From Vitrella brassicaformis CCMP3155 (lineage: Eukaryota > Protista > Chromerida), in NCBI GenBank assembly GCA_001179505.1, contig CDMY01000337.1, positions 50,158 to 114,157 on the forward strand: DNA of 64,000 nt, written 5' to 3'. Numbering within the stretch: the first letter of the stretch is position 1; every line of letters starts with the position of its first letter. Under the pieces are notes generated by a model, which did no database searches, had not been told where the DNA came from, and saw only the letters and a list, made by a program, of their open reading frames with translations. The position numbers and the translations under genes are program-made. Positions 47,222 to 59,330 of the stretch are shown in pieces.

Positions 47222-48189
47222 GCCGACACACAGCTTTTAACGCACTTGGGGATGAATGAGGGGCGGGGCGTTTTTTGATCTTGATTGATGAAGGAAGACC
47301 GAATTAGGCGTGAGGTGCGGTGCTTCTGTGACGAGGTTCAACGCTTTCTGGGATGCATGTCAGTCAGTCAGTCATGTGTGCGCGGTGCGTGGCCCGTCTT
47401 CCATGCTGCACTGCAATGAGTGAGCATGTGAGGGGCGGCGAGGCGAAGTGCTGACAAATCAGTTTTCCTGACCGCTTTGGGTGTGTTCCGTGTGCAACGG
47501 TGCCGTGAATTTCCGTGTGAGATGCTCGACTGCGACGCGGACAGAGCCCCTGTAGCAGTTAGTTCTCGGGTGGAGCGATGACTCCCCTTGCCATTCGAGA
47601 GGTGAGGGCGGGTGGTCGTTGCCCCAGGGGATGGATGGCTGACGCAGGGCTCTGCGTGCGTCTCTGGTGTCGCTTCATTCATGTGCTTTATGGGGACCTG
47701 TGTGGTCGCGTGTCGACCGAGCAAGAGCGCCACACTGTGCCACTGACCAGTTGAGTTGCTGACACCACACCCGAGGCTGTCCAGCCGCGGTCAGCTGGGC
47801 TTCCTTCGGTGGGGTGGCGGTAGTGGAACTGGCCGGTGGCTGCATGTGGTTCTTGTGAGGGTGAAGGGACGATGTGTTGTTGTGCTGAGAGAACTCGAGC
47901 ACACGTGAGATGAACGGGAATGGTGTCTTTCGCGTCCATTCCGACAAATACCCACACGCACACGCACACGCACGATCGAACAAATATCGTCTCCTGATGG
48001 CATGAACCATACCATCACACGGGGACAAGACATCAGTCTGATCCCCAGTCGTCCCCTAAAACAGAGAGCGGCTCGCAACACCACAACGCCATCACACGCC
48101 ACACGCATAAACACAACAAGCAGCATTGTCCCTCCCTCTCTCTGTGCACCACCAAGCCCGCACCCCTCCCTGCCCTGCTGTCTCTCTGT

Positions 48190-51100
48190 CTAAGTCTCCG
48201 ACATGTGTGTGTTGCCCGAGTGCTCGGTCACCGACCGCGGCGCGGGTGGTTTGCGCTCCAGGTCGGTGGGTGAGCTCCGGGCCGATGTGGCGTGCGAGAG
48301 GTGTGGGTTGAGGTTGCGGAAGAAGCTGGTGGGCGTCTCGCGTGGGTAGGGGACCGACCCGATGTTGCAGTAGGCGCTAAAGAGCCCCTCGTCGGGGGTC
48401 TGCCACTCCAACACTGCCGCGTCCAGCTCCTCCCAACGGTCCACGAAGCGGAGGTCCTGCGCGTGCACCTGACGATGACGCCTGCACGGACAGACGACCA
48501 CGCAGGGAGAGGGATATAGATGGATGGGGTGACGTATCCCTCCCATGTCCACTGCCGACCGACCGTCTTGGTATGGCCTCTTTGAAGTTGACGGACGAGT
48601 GTGGCTGCGACATGATCTCGTCGAAGGACGTCAGGCCCTCCGGTGGGTGCAGGTACGCCAAGGGCAGACGCACATTCGGCGGCACACCTGCACACAGACA
48701 GACAGACAGACAGAGACATAATAGCAACGGTTGAGACCAACGCATGCTCACGCCCGGCGTGTGTGCCAGCCAAGCCAGTATGCTCACATGTGACGGCTGG
48801 CACATCCACGTGCACATCTGGGTTGGGGATGTGCGGCGGAGCACACAGGGCGCACGCGTCGATGAAGGACCAGCGACTCCTCGACGTCATGGGAGCAGAC
48901 ACGTCCTCGATGACGTCATAGCCCTCATGGGGGTGGCCGCCATCTCTGGGGTGTGGAGGCGAGACGCGAGACCCTTCCTGCACACGGAGGGGCGAGCATG
49001 GACAGATAGTGGGGTCTGGGTGTGTCTGTGTGTAGGTTTCCTTCCACCCACTTACCTGCAGGAGTGCGTCTTTGGTCGGGTAGAGGTCCAGCTCCCAGAT
49101 GTGGCGGCCCTGCGCAACGCACACCAACGGGAGAGCATACACACGTCCATCACGAGTTCCATCCATGAATAGAATAGCGACAGGCAGGCAGGCAGCACAA
49201 CAAAAACGATAGATCTGATGGATCATTCCGACCGACCGACCTTTGGCCTGGGGATGAACTTGCCGCAGAAGAGATCCACGGCCCTCTGCTTCTCAAGGTC
49301 ACTAAACACATTCGATATGTACCTGAATACACACACACACACACACACACGCCCTCTCTCTCCAGTCCACGCACACACATCCATCCATCCATCCATCAAG
49401 CCCTCGTCTCACCTCCTGACAGCAATCAGGGCGTTGGATCTCGTCTGCGACTTCCACTGCCCAGGCTCGCTCTCCTCCAGCTGCGGCCGATGCAACGCCG
49501 CACTGCCGCCATACTGATGGGCCAAGGGGTCGCCGATGGAGCCCCACAAGTCCATCAACAGAGATAGCAGGGGGGCGGGGAGGGGGGAGAACTCTGACCC
49601 CAGAACTGCAGAAGATTGTGAGAGAGAGGAGAGAGAGATGGATGGATGGATGGATCGATGTGTGTGCAGCACCTACCGTCCTCGTCTTGGTCGTGTTCCT
49701 CGGGGGATGGGAGGCACCCCATGGCCATCAGCTGACGATACAGAGCCTCTTGTGCAATCTGAAGGCAGGCAGGCAGGACACATTGCTCTGTACCCGATTT
49801 GGGCGTGTGTGTGTGTGTGTGTCTGACTTACAGCGAACATGCCGATGTTTGTGCGGTCAAGACAATCGATGCAGTTGACACGAGGGACACCCTCCTGCAG
49901 TGCAGAGCAGCCAGCCACACACACCCAATCCACACACATATACCCTCCCTCCCTCCATGCCATTCGTACAGACACACCTGCACACACAACACACCTGTGC
50001 ATATGTGACCCTGGCGCCGTACTCGACGTGGTCGAGGAAGAAGCCGTTCATATCCACAATGGCCGCAGCCCACTCAAACAGCAGCTTCAGCGCACCGTCC
50101 GTCCCGGAATCCTTCTGCTGACCAAGCCAGTCAAACGCCAAATACTTGACCTCTCGACACACATGAGCAGCCGCCCCCTCACACACGCCACCGCCACCGC
50201 CGTCACCCTCTGTCGCTCCCGGAGTAGCGGCAGCAGCAGTGGCGGCCGTTTGGAACTGCGAGTTGAGGTGCCTCGGCGACTGGAAAGACGATACGGGTGT
50301 CCTGGTGCTGAGAGTGAGGGGTGGGGAGGGGGGGAGGGGTGTGGGTGTGGGGGTGGGGCTGCTGCCGCCCGGTGATGGAGCGACAGCTGTGGCGGCGGCG
50401 TCCTCTTGGTGCCAGAGGGACTGCACGTGGGCGATGGCGCCCTCAAATGCACGCGCCAGGGGCACCTCCTTGTGCGTCTCGGGATTGTCCCGCACCAGAT
50501 TTAGCACCACGATGGGAGAGCCATACCTGACGGAACCGAGATAAAAGAGAGCGATGACGGTCCTTCCTTGTTTCGACAGGAGTGCATTTGCTTGCAGACC
50601 GCTTGGTGAGGTCGTCGAAGTGGAGTTTGGTGCTGTTGAGGGACGGATCGACCTCCGAATGGAGCACCAAATCAGGCTTGGGCGATACCTGTAGAGACGA
50701 AATCAGCACATGAAGCCTTCTTTCTTTCCTTCTTCCCTCTCGCTGCATTGGTTCGTCTGCCCACCGACCGACCGTACCGTGTTGATATGTCCCCAGAAGA
50801 GCGGAATGGACCCCCTCAGCTGCACAATGGACGCCACTCCCCGAATGCCCCTCCCCACCCTCGCCGTGCTGGCCGCATCCTCCACCACCAGCTGCTCGCA
50901 CTCTACCTCATTCGCCACCCTACCAGCCCCATTCACGCCGCGCTTGAAGTATCGCGGCCCCACGTGGAAGCGCGACCGCCGAGCAATCAGCGTGATGGAG
51001 AATAGCCGCTGGCCGATGGCGAGAAATCGCTGCTCGACGGCGCCTTGGATGGCAGGCAGCGCCCAGTGGGAAGCGGGGTGGGGTGAGGGGACGGGTGCCG

Positions 51101-52382
51101 AGGCAGCGGGTTTCAGCGCATCGATCAACGGCCTGATTGGAGAAGACACATGCACATTCCGACCGTCGTGGATGGATGCGTGTGCGTGTGCATGTGTGGG
51201 TGTTTTTCTCGCTCCACTGACCGCAGCAGGAAGGCGTTGGTCACGAACCGGCCGTTGCAAATGTGCCCCCCGTTCCCTGATGCATCTCTCGGAGGCACCG
51301 TCCTCGGTGTGGGCGCACTCTTCAGCACCCTTGGCCGCAGTATCGACCTTCTCGGACCAAGGCCAGACGCCGTGCTCACACCAGCGCTTTCGAGCAGCAC
51401 GTGAGACGGCGACGGCAGATGGCTCAGAAGAAATGAGTGACGTGCCGGGCCGGGAAAAGGGGAAGGGGAGGCGGACGGGAGCTCGCGCCCATGGAGGGGG
51501 GAGGGGCTGGGGAAAGGCAGTCGGCGTGCGCAACGGCTGTCTTTCCTGTCGGGTGAGAAAGACCGAGTGGAAGCAAACGTCGCCCCGAAGGAGAGATTGC
51601 CGTCCCTGGTGTGGCGCGCCGTCTCCCCATCTCTATCACGATCTCGATCACGGTCACCCTTGCAGGCGCTGCGTCGTTTCCTCTCCCCGCGTGCGGATGT
51701 GCGGGAGGCGACGGGCTGCGCCGTGGGGTCTAGGAGGGAGGTCTGGTCCTGCACGCACCTCGTGAGGTCCCATGTGTATGAGAAGAAGAAGGTGTCGAAG
51801 AGCACCTGCTGGAACAGCTGCTTGTACCGCACCTCGTCTGCACTTCGGGTGCCGCGCTCGCGACGCAGACGGGCAGCGACCTGGTGGACGAATTGGAAAG
51901 ATGATCAGACAGACAGGCAGACCTTCTGGTGCATCCACACATACCTCAGGCTTCAGGCAGCTGATGAGGCTGACTTTGTCGACGGCGAAGACCAGCCGGC
52001 CGCCTATGTTGGCGACGCGATGCTTCTCGGTCACCAGCACCAGATAATACCCCTCCAAGAACCTGACATCCAATCGCAGTCGCACACAGTCTTTTCTGTC
52101 ACGCCTGTCTTGCTTGTTTCTTTGCAATGAGTCGTGTGCCCACCTGATGAATCCCAAGATGCCATCGGCACGCTGCACAGTGGCGCCCGACTTGATGAGC
52201 CGCCCAGTGAGCTCTGCTGCCGCATCGGCATCAATGGCCGCTTCTTCAAGGGCCAAGCTGATGACGGCCTTGTCAATTGTCAGCTTCCTGAAGCCTCCGC
52301 CCTCGTTTTGGCGTCCCAATAGATAGAGCCGCTCAGGCGTTTCATAGAGGTGGATGCTCGTGCATAAGCTGCTTGCTTCCAT
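48190..52382 (-). CDS. FIG4: SAC-domain phosphoinositide phosphatase, FIG4-like; 3' end approximate
   Basis: LYETPERLYLLG; GILGFIRFLEGYYLVLVT; FFFSYTWDLT; IARRSRFHVGPRYFKRG...VANEVECEQ; VQLRGSIPLFW; catalytic RVNCIDCLDRTN; GDPLAHQYGGS; FSDLEKQRAVDLFCG. Confidence 0.9.
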
Positions 52383-52717
52383 CAATACAGTACCGATGTA
52401 ATGATGATGGTCACTCCTGCAGTCTCGAAACCGTCTCGCTAACTCGGTGGTTCTTCAAGCTCGCATTGAGCTCGCCACAATGCAGAGCCTTTCGAGCTCT
52501 TCTTGAGCGTGGCTGCGCCCTCCCCCTCTCCAGCACACCACGGGGCGAGGAGGGCCACCCAGTTAGTGTTTTCTGGCCGGCCGCGGCATGCGTTTCTGCC
52601 GCCATCCGCTCTCGTAAGGCCGGCTGCAAAACAGTGGACGCCATGGAGCTGTAGCGGCTGTTTCCGGCAGCCCCCTCTCGTTGCATTCTTTCCGTGAGTT
52701 TGGAGCGTGATAAGATA

Positions 52718-54631
52718 ATGTACCAGGGGCGGCAGGGTTACCCATCGGAGGAGGTGGAGGGCATGTTCACGTCTCGGGATTGCCGTGAGGTGGGGTTCCA
52801 GTTCCTCACCCAGTTTTTCCACACTCTTCAGCGCCGCCCCCATCACCTGCATAAGTTCTTCAAAGGTGCGCACCTGCAGGAGGAGGATGGGTGTGTGGAC
52901 CCAGCTGCACGTGGCTGTGTTGTGTGCTGCGACTGTGCGTCAGATAATTCGGTGATGGTCTGGACGCGCGAGGCCAGCGACGACCCTCCGGCGACCCCTT
53001 CGCCGGCACGAGGCAAGGCGGCCATCAGCCAGTCCATCAAGAGCCACTCCATCCTGTCGCGCTGCTGCCGTGCCAAGATATCCACCGTCGACTTCCACAA
53101 ACACACCCACCACGCGTCGACGGCCAGTGGAGAGGAGGAGGGGGAGGAGGACCAGCACCCCCTCCCGGCCGGCATCGAGCACGTGGTGGTGTTCTGCATG
53201 GGTTGGCTGTGGTTGCCGCCCAAGAGCAGCACCACCACCACAACGCTGCAGTCCAACGGCTCCGACCGCACGTACCAGCGGTTCTGCCAGACCTTCTACC
53301 TCAGCCCCGAGCAGCTCCCTGACTACCTCAGCTACTACGTCAAACACTCCCACTTCTGCGAGTTCGCCGACGCCAGTGGCCCACAGGACGACCACATCAC
53401 GGGAGCCGATAGCAAGAAGCTCTTCCTCACCAAGGCCCTGCAGCAGGAGGCTGGCGAGCTGGACGAGCCGAAGAAGGGGGCCAAGGGCGAGGGGCAGCAG
53501 CAGGAGGGGCAGGGGGAGGGGCATGAGGGGCGGCGGAAGCTGCCGGATGACTATATCGAGGGCTGGATGGGCGGGCCGCTCCGGGACGGTTTCCACATAC
53601 CGTTCCACGAACCCCACTACGATAGTCAGGAGGAGGGGGGCAACCATAACGAGACGCAGGAGCGGGGCGAGGACGTCAAGGTGGGGACCAGCGCCATCAC
53701 ACCCGCACCCAAATCTGTCGTCAACCACCCCCGTAAGCTAAGCTGCCACACACGCCCGCAACACACACACACGTATCACACACATGCGCTCCTTCATCTG
53801 TCACATTCATTTATGGGGGTCTTGTTTGTGCGTCTCCCTCTTTCCTCAGCAGCAGCAGCGGCTGCTCAGCGCAGCTCGTATCGCGCCGCGTTGGAGGCTC
53901 CCCACCGCCACCAGAGCCCCAATCCCATCCGCCCCAACACCAGCAACCAGCAGCAGCAGCAGCGTAACCGTACCAGGGACGATATCAACGTCCGCCAGGG
54001 CGGTCAGTACCGCGGCGGCCCTGATGCCAGTGGAGGATATGGGCGCACCGGCGGCGGCGGCATGGGTGCGGGGGCGGGGGCGGGGGCGGGGGCGGGTGCT
54101 GGTGGTGGGCGGGGTGAGCAGACGCTGTGGGTGTCGGGGCTGGATAATCTGGACGACAAGCAGCTGCAGAAGGAGTATGCCGTTCTCCAGGAGCAGCACG
54201 GGGGCGGTGGCGGTGGGGGTGGCGGGGAGATGCTCATCCTGCGGCATAAGGGCAGCGCGGGCTTCCTCTGGTTCGCGCGCAAGGCGGATGCACGGCTGGT
54301 GATGCATCGCGGCCTCCCATCCCTCGCCGCCAAAAGCTGCAGGATCGACTGGAAGATCGGCGGAGACTACGATTTCGACTTCAATCCCAAGCGCAAACCC
54401 AAGAACCAGCACCAGCACCAGCACCACAACACACACCAGCACCCCAGTACACAGCAGCAGCAGCAGGAGGGCCTCGCCAGCGATCCCCCGACCACCCAGA
54501 TCCATCAGCAGCACCAGCACCAGCAGCAGCAGCAGCAGGCGCCGTCGCCCGGCACACAGCAGAAGGGGCGGCGCGCGAACGTGACTAAGGGAGAGCCACG
54601 CAACAAGCGACAGGCCCGTGACGCGGAATAA
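52718..54631 (+). CDS. NTF2-like + RGG + RRM protein (G3BP-like architecture)
   Basis: EVGFQFLTQFFHTL...LHKFF and RFCQTFYL (NTF2-like), RGG-like RQGGQYRGG, TLWVSGLD...AGFLWF (degenerate RNP2/RNP1), Gln/His-rich tail. Confidence 0.75.
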   Translation: MYQGRQGYPSEEVEGMFTSRDCREVGFQFLTQFFHTLQRRPHHLHKFFKGAHLQEEDGCVDPAARGCVVCCDCASDNSVMVWTREASDDPPATPSPARGKAAISQSIKSHSILSRCCRAKISTVDFHKHTHHASTASGEEEGEEDQHPLPAGIEHVVVFCMGWLWLPPKSSTTTTTLQSNGSDRTYQRFCQTFYLSPEQLPDYLSYYVKHSHFCEFADASGPQDDHITGADSKKLFLTKALQQEAGELDEPKKGAKGEGQQQEGQGEGHEGRRKLPDDYIEGWMGGPLRDGFHIPFHEPHYDSQEEGGNHNETQERGEDVKVGTSAITPAPKSVVNHPRKLSCHTRPQHTHTYHTHALLHLSHSFMGVLFVRLPLSSAAAAAAQRSSYRAALEAPHRHQSPNPIRPNTSNQQQQQRNRTRDDINVRQGGQYRGGPDASGGYGRTGGGGMGAGAGAGAGAGAGGGRGEQTLWVSGLDNLDDKQLQKEYAVLQEQHGGGGGGGGGEMLILRHKGSAGFLWFARKADARLVMHRGLPSLAAKSCRIDWKIGGDYDFDFNPKRKPKNQHQHQHHNTHQHPSTQQQQQEGLASDPPTTQIHQQHQHQQQQQQAPSPGTQQKGRRANVTKGEPRNKRQARDAE

Positions 54632-54699
54632 AGAAATAGATATGACGGGTGAGAAGAATGAACCACGGCACCAACACCCACACATGGAAGGACTAGATC

Positions 54700-55230
54700 A
54701 CCTTCGTGTGTGTGTGTGTGTGTGTCTTTGTGTGTGTTCAGGAATGTCCATCGATTGCGTCGGAGGGGGGGGAGGGAGGGAGGGAGAGTGAGAGGGTTCC
54801 TTTCAATCAATCGACACACACACTTCATACCATAGACCCACCCGTTCATTTCACCCAAACATATATGGGGTGGTGCGGTGCGGTGCGGTGTCTGGCTGGC
54901 TGAGTGGCTGATGTGGCCGGTATGTATGGTTGACACGACATGATGCGCCTGTGTGGTTGATCGATGGATTGATTGATTGATGGGCGGGTTGGTGCGTGGA
55001 TTTTGTATGTATGTGGGTTGGCTGGCTGCCCGTGTATTTGGTGTTGTGTGTGTGAATAGCTGTTGGCTGGCCTGCCTGCCTGCCTGCCTGGATGGATGCG
55101 CTGATGGATGGATGGATTGATGCACTGATGGATGGATGGATGGGACGGGACGGGATGGCGGACTGCATGCCTGGGGGAGGGGGAGGGGGGACTTGTAGAG
55201 CTAGGATTGATTGACCGACCGACTGCCCGA
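54700..55230. repeat. Microsatellite-dense tail-to-tail intergenic region ((GT)n, GGAG, GATT, GCCT, GATG, GGGAC, CGGTG)
   Basis: Direct reading; ORFs here are only translations of simple repeats. Confidence 0.85.
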
Positions 55231-55792
55231 CCGGCAATGAGTGACGCTTTACCATTTTGACCACACACCCACCCTATATATGATGATGTAGCGATTGGCA
55301 GACAGACCAGATGCAATGAAAGACACTCCGTTTTCGATGCTTTCACCACGCAAAGCAGAGTTGATCAGCGCATGTCGTGAGCTCACCACGCCCCAATCCA
55401 CCCCACCCACCCCACCCCAACAGCCACACGAGGCAGTGTTGGAGTGTCACATGCACATGCATCCCCCTGCACGTTGATTGACATGTGCACGTAGTCTCTC
55501 CAACGCGGCTAGGTGAGCTATCTGGCAGGCAGCAGGACACACATGTGAAAAATCATAATAATCAACACACATGCATGTTAGTTATGTTGTGAAGACGGAA
55601 AAAGCGGCTGCCTGTCTGTCATCTGATCAGATCATGCACAGCAGGGTATGGGCGAAAAACCACTCACTCATTCAGACACACTCGAGGCATCAGCGAGGGA
55701 ACACGCCCACACACCCACTCCCCTTAAAACACCCACACACATCCTCTCTGCACCCCCCGGGAGTGTGGCATGCGTGTGTGTGTCTGGCATAG

Positions 55793-56332
55793 CTATGACT
55801 GTCCGTACTCGAACCTGCCGTACTGCATGCCATAGACCTCCTCGTTCTTGTTAAGCTCCACCTTGAGGCCAGGGCCGCACACGTACGTCTGACAGGTCAG
55901 AACGTACCCCTTGTCCTTGGTGACCTCCTCCAAGCTGTCGCGATTGATGACATAGGCCTCCCCCAACTTGCCGCCCACGATGCGCCCGGCACAGCTGGTG
56001 CACACGCCGTTCCTGCAGTCGCACGGCGGGTCCTCCCACACCGTCTCGGCCGCCTCCAGCACACTCGTCCCCTCCGGCACCTCAACCGTCTCGATGTCGC
56101 CGTCATAGTTGAGCTCGATGGTCCAGGACCGAGAGGGGTCCAGCCTGCCCTCGAGATCTACAGGCACCTCCGGCACCTGCATCAGCACACTGTGCGGCCT
56201 CCTGGGGACGGCTGAGCGGCTCCTCAGCCTCTGGATGGGCGAAAGTGATGGAGAGAAGGTCTGGGGGACGAAGGCACCGACAAGTGGCAGAAGGAAGCCA
56301 AGGAGGGCAGATGCGATGATGGATGGCAGCAT
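55793..56332 (-). CDS. Plastid-targeted plant-type [2Fe-2S] ferredoxin with C-terminal extension (FdC-like), intronless
   Basis: Signal peptide ending LVGA-FVP plus transit peptide. Cluster motif CRNGVCTSC...YVLTC. Tail EEVYGMQYGRF. Confidence 0.9.
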   Translation of the reverse strand: MLPSIIASALLGFLLPLVGAFVPQTFSPSLSPIQRLRSRSAVPRRPHSVLMQVPEVPVDLEGRLDPSRSWTIELNYDGDIETVEVPEGTSVLEAAETVWEDPPCDCRNGVCTSCAGRIVGGKLGEAYVINRDSLEEVTKDKGYVLTCQTYVCGPGLKVELNKNEEVYGMQYGRFEYGQS

Positions 56333-56636
56333 TGCGGCAGATGGCTTCGTTGTACTTTCGTTGGCAGACCTAAGCTTCCTGACAGGGACACGCACAGCGC
56401 ACCACATCGTCGGATGAGTGGATCTTTTCGAACTTGCTTCAACCCATTCACCTCGAGCAAGAGTTGAGGTTCAAGATGAAGGTGTTTGAGGAGGAGAGAG
56501 GGAGGATCTGCGTCTCTGCAAGAAGTTAGAGCTCGCAGTGGAGGGAGAGGGGGAGAAAAACAGAAGAGTGAACTGTCCTGATGCGCGTGGTTGGAAGGCA
56601 GGGTTGAAGCGGCAATAGCGCGGACCAGACGGCATC

Positions 56637-58003
56637 ATGTCCGCGGACGAAGGCGACAGCCACTTCTTCGCTGAGGCGAAATGCGAAGGCGAAAAGTGGG
56701 CTCAGGCATCAATCACATGAAGAACGACTGCAGCACACCATGCTGATCGTCATGATCTGTTGTTTCAGGATGCTGCCCGTGGCGAATGTGGGTCGGATCA
56801 TGAAGCGGATTCTGCCGACCAACGCCAAGATAGCCAAGGACGCCAAGGAGACCATGCAGGAATGCGTCACCGAATTCATCGCATTCATCACCAGCGAGGT
56901 GCGTGCAGACAGACGTACACATGACGCTCAGAGCGGGATGCGCTCGATGGATGGATGGATGCCTGCTTGCCTGCCTGCCGTCCCTTTGTCGGTGCTGTGA
57001 GTGCAGGCGAGCGAGAAGTGTCTGCTTGAGAAGCGCAAGACGCTGGGGGGAGACGACATCATCAACGCGCTGGGCAACCTCGGCTTTGAGAAGTATCAGG
57101 AGCCGCTGCGGAAGTACCTCGACAGATACAGAGAGGTGGGTATGGTAGGCACACGACTGACGAAATATATGTAGCTTCTGTATGTCCCTGTGCTTGCCAT
57201 TGTGTATATTGCTTGCCGTTCGGCACTCATTCAGCATGCTCCCGCGGAGGCTGCGGGCAAGTACATGCCAGCAGCCAGCGCAGACAGGGGTCTGGCGGGC
57301 ATGGGAGGGTCGAGCTCGACCATGGGCGGCATGTTTGGGATGCACCCTTCACAAACCCAGCAACGGGCAGGGATGCCGCCCCAAGTAGGGCAGAGGGAAC
57401 ATCAACACACTTTCATACGTGGCTGACTTCGGGGTGTACGGTTGTGTGTGCAGTTCGCTGGCCCTCCAGGAATGCCGGGCATGCCATTCGGCGGAGCCCC
57501 TCATGGCCTGCAGGGCTTCCCAGCGGTAAGGACAAATACTTGCGAGCGAGCACATACAGGTGGACTGCATCCCATTCTCCCCTTCTCCCCTGGATGCCTC
57601 TCAGTTGCCCCAGGCGGCTCGCATCAACCCGGCAGCCTTCATGCAACACGCGGCCGTGGCTTCTCAGATGGCATCCATCCACGGCCAAGCTGGCGCACAT
57701 CCCTTTGGCCCAGCCGGGGCTGCCGGTCCCCCCACTGCCAGCCCCCAGATGCACGCCCGCGGCTTTCCTTCCCTCATGAGCAGCGGCAGCGCCTCGGCGG
57801 CTGGTCTGCCGGCCGGGGGTCATCAGGATGATGGACTGCATCACGAGGACGTGGCCATCGGTGGCGCGTCTCTGATCAAGCAAGAGGACGTGCCCATCGG
57901 TGGCGCGTCTCTGATTAAGATGGACCACGAGGGAGAGGGCATACACGGCGGCCCAGGGCCAGTCATCAAGCACGACGACGACGACGACGACGACGATGAT
58001 TGA
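56637..58003 (+). CDS. NFYB: Nuclear transcription factor Y subunit B (HAP3/CBF-A) with Met/Gly/Pro-rich and acidic tail
   Basis: [86 protein letters not shown] histone-fold. Confidence 0.93.
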
Positions 58004-58266
58004 GTAGCGTGATTTGTTCTTGACGAGTGCATTGCATGCGTCGTGTGCGTGCGTGCGTGCGTGGTTGTATAGAAGACGGCACGAAAGCAGCTCTGTGTGA
58101 GCTGGCTGTTATTGCTCTTGAAGACTCCTTTTTGCTCGGAGCCATGGTGACGTATTGACTTATTCATAATATATATCTGGAAAGTGAAGGCACCCACCGT
58201 GAATGCACAAACAAAGGCCATCCAACCGCTCATTGTCCACGGGCAACAGTAGCTCTTACTTACGGC

Positions 58267-58929
58267 CTAGAATTGCCCAAAAGCGGCCACGGCAACAAGG
58301 GGCAGTGCGCATGCTAGCGCCGGTGGGGCAGAATACCTGATGCCCCAGTTGGTATCATTCAAATCCCCCTCCGGCCCAGCAGCCGCAGCAGGATCACGCG
58401 GCGGCTCGTCAGGCGCACCGGGCCCACCCTGCCCACAACCAAAAGTATACACATACAGAAAGACAGAGTGGCGGCCTGAATGCACACCTACCGTCGGTGG
58501 CGCTTCAGGAGGATCAATGTGACCCTGTGAGTGGCCCTCGCTCTTGACCAGCCGGCCGGTTGAAGAAGCTGCGGAAGGCTGTGCTGTTTGTTGCGTCTTT
58601 GGGGCCCTCAGGAAAGACGTCTGCAGACAGGTTGGAAGAGAGCAGAGTAGTCAGCAGGGGGAATGCATATATAGACCGCTTCGTACTTTAGCCGTCTGGT
58701 TGGTCTTCTGTTGCGCCTTCTCAGCATGGATTCCTGCGTGAGCTGTAGCGTTCAGCGCCAGGCCCTCCGCCTGGGGATGTTTCGCCTCCGTTTTCACTTC
58801 GGCGTGTGGACCCTTGTCGGCGTGGTGAGCTGCAGTGGCGTGCCCTGCCGGTGTGATGGACAGATTTGCCGCCTTTGCCAGCCGTGTGATGGTGAGGGCC
58901 AGGATCACGATGAGGGGACGAAGCTGCAT
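58267..58929 (-). CDS. Small secreted, possibly GPI-anchored His/Ala/Pro-rich protein, 3 exons
   Basis: Signal MQLRPLIVILALTITRLAKA. Two phase-0 GT-AG introns join to a hydrophobic terminus SAPPALACALPLVAVAAFGQF-stop. Confidence 0.55.
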
Positions 58930-59121
58930 TGCAAAGGGCAGCGAAAGCAGCTCAGACAACGATATCGGTAGCGCTCGGTGCGTGAACTTGAGGAGGGCAA
59001 GAAAGGGGAGGGGAGGGAAGGGAGGCGGCCCCCACTAAGCTCGCACAGGCGATCCTTGGCGGATTTCGGGAATGGCGTGCGTTCAGTGGTCACCCGAGGT
59101 GAACAAAAGGGCGCCGCGGCG

Positions 59122-59330
59122 AGTTTGCGCGCGATTTCTCGCCCAGAGACAGTCAGACTGTCTCTTTTTCCCTTTGTCAAACGACGTCCGTGTCTTGCCA
59201 TTCAATTCATCGTCATCCCTCTCTCTGCCTGCTGTTGTGCTATGCCTTTAATGTTTTCCCTCTCTTTCTATCAGCCGGCCTGCTGGTGCTACATGTACCT
59301 GACAGTTGCCTGACAGTGACGCCGCCGAGC
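59122..59330 (+). repeat. Direct repeat copy 1 (about 210 bp; first 47 bp identical to copy 2)
   Basis: agtttgcgcgcgatttctcgcccagagacagtcagactgtctctttt at 59122-59168 and 59999-60045, with decaying similarity downstream. Confidence 0.9.
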
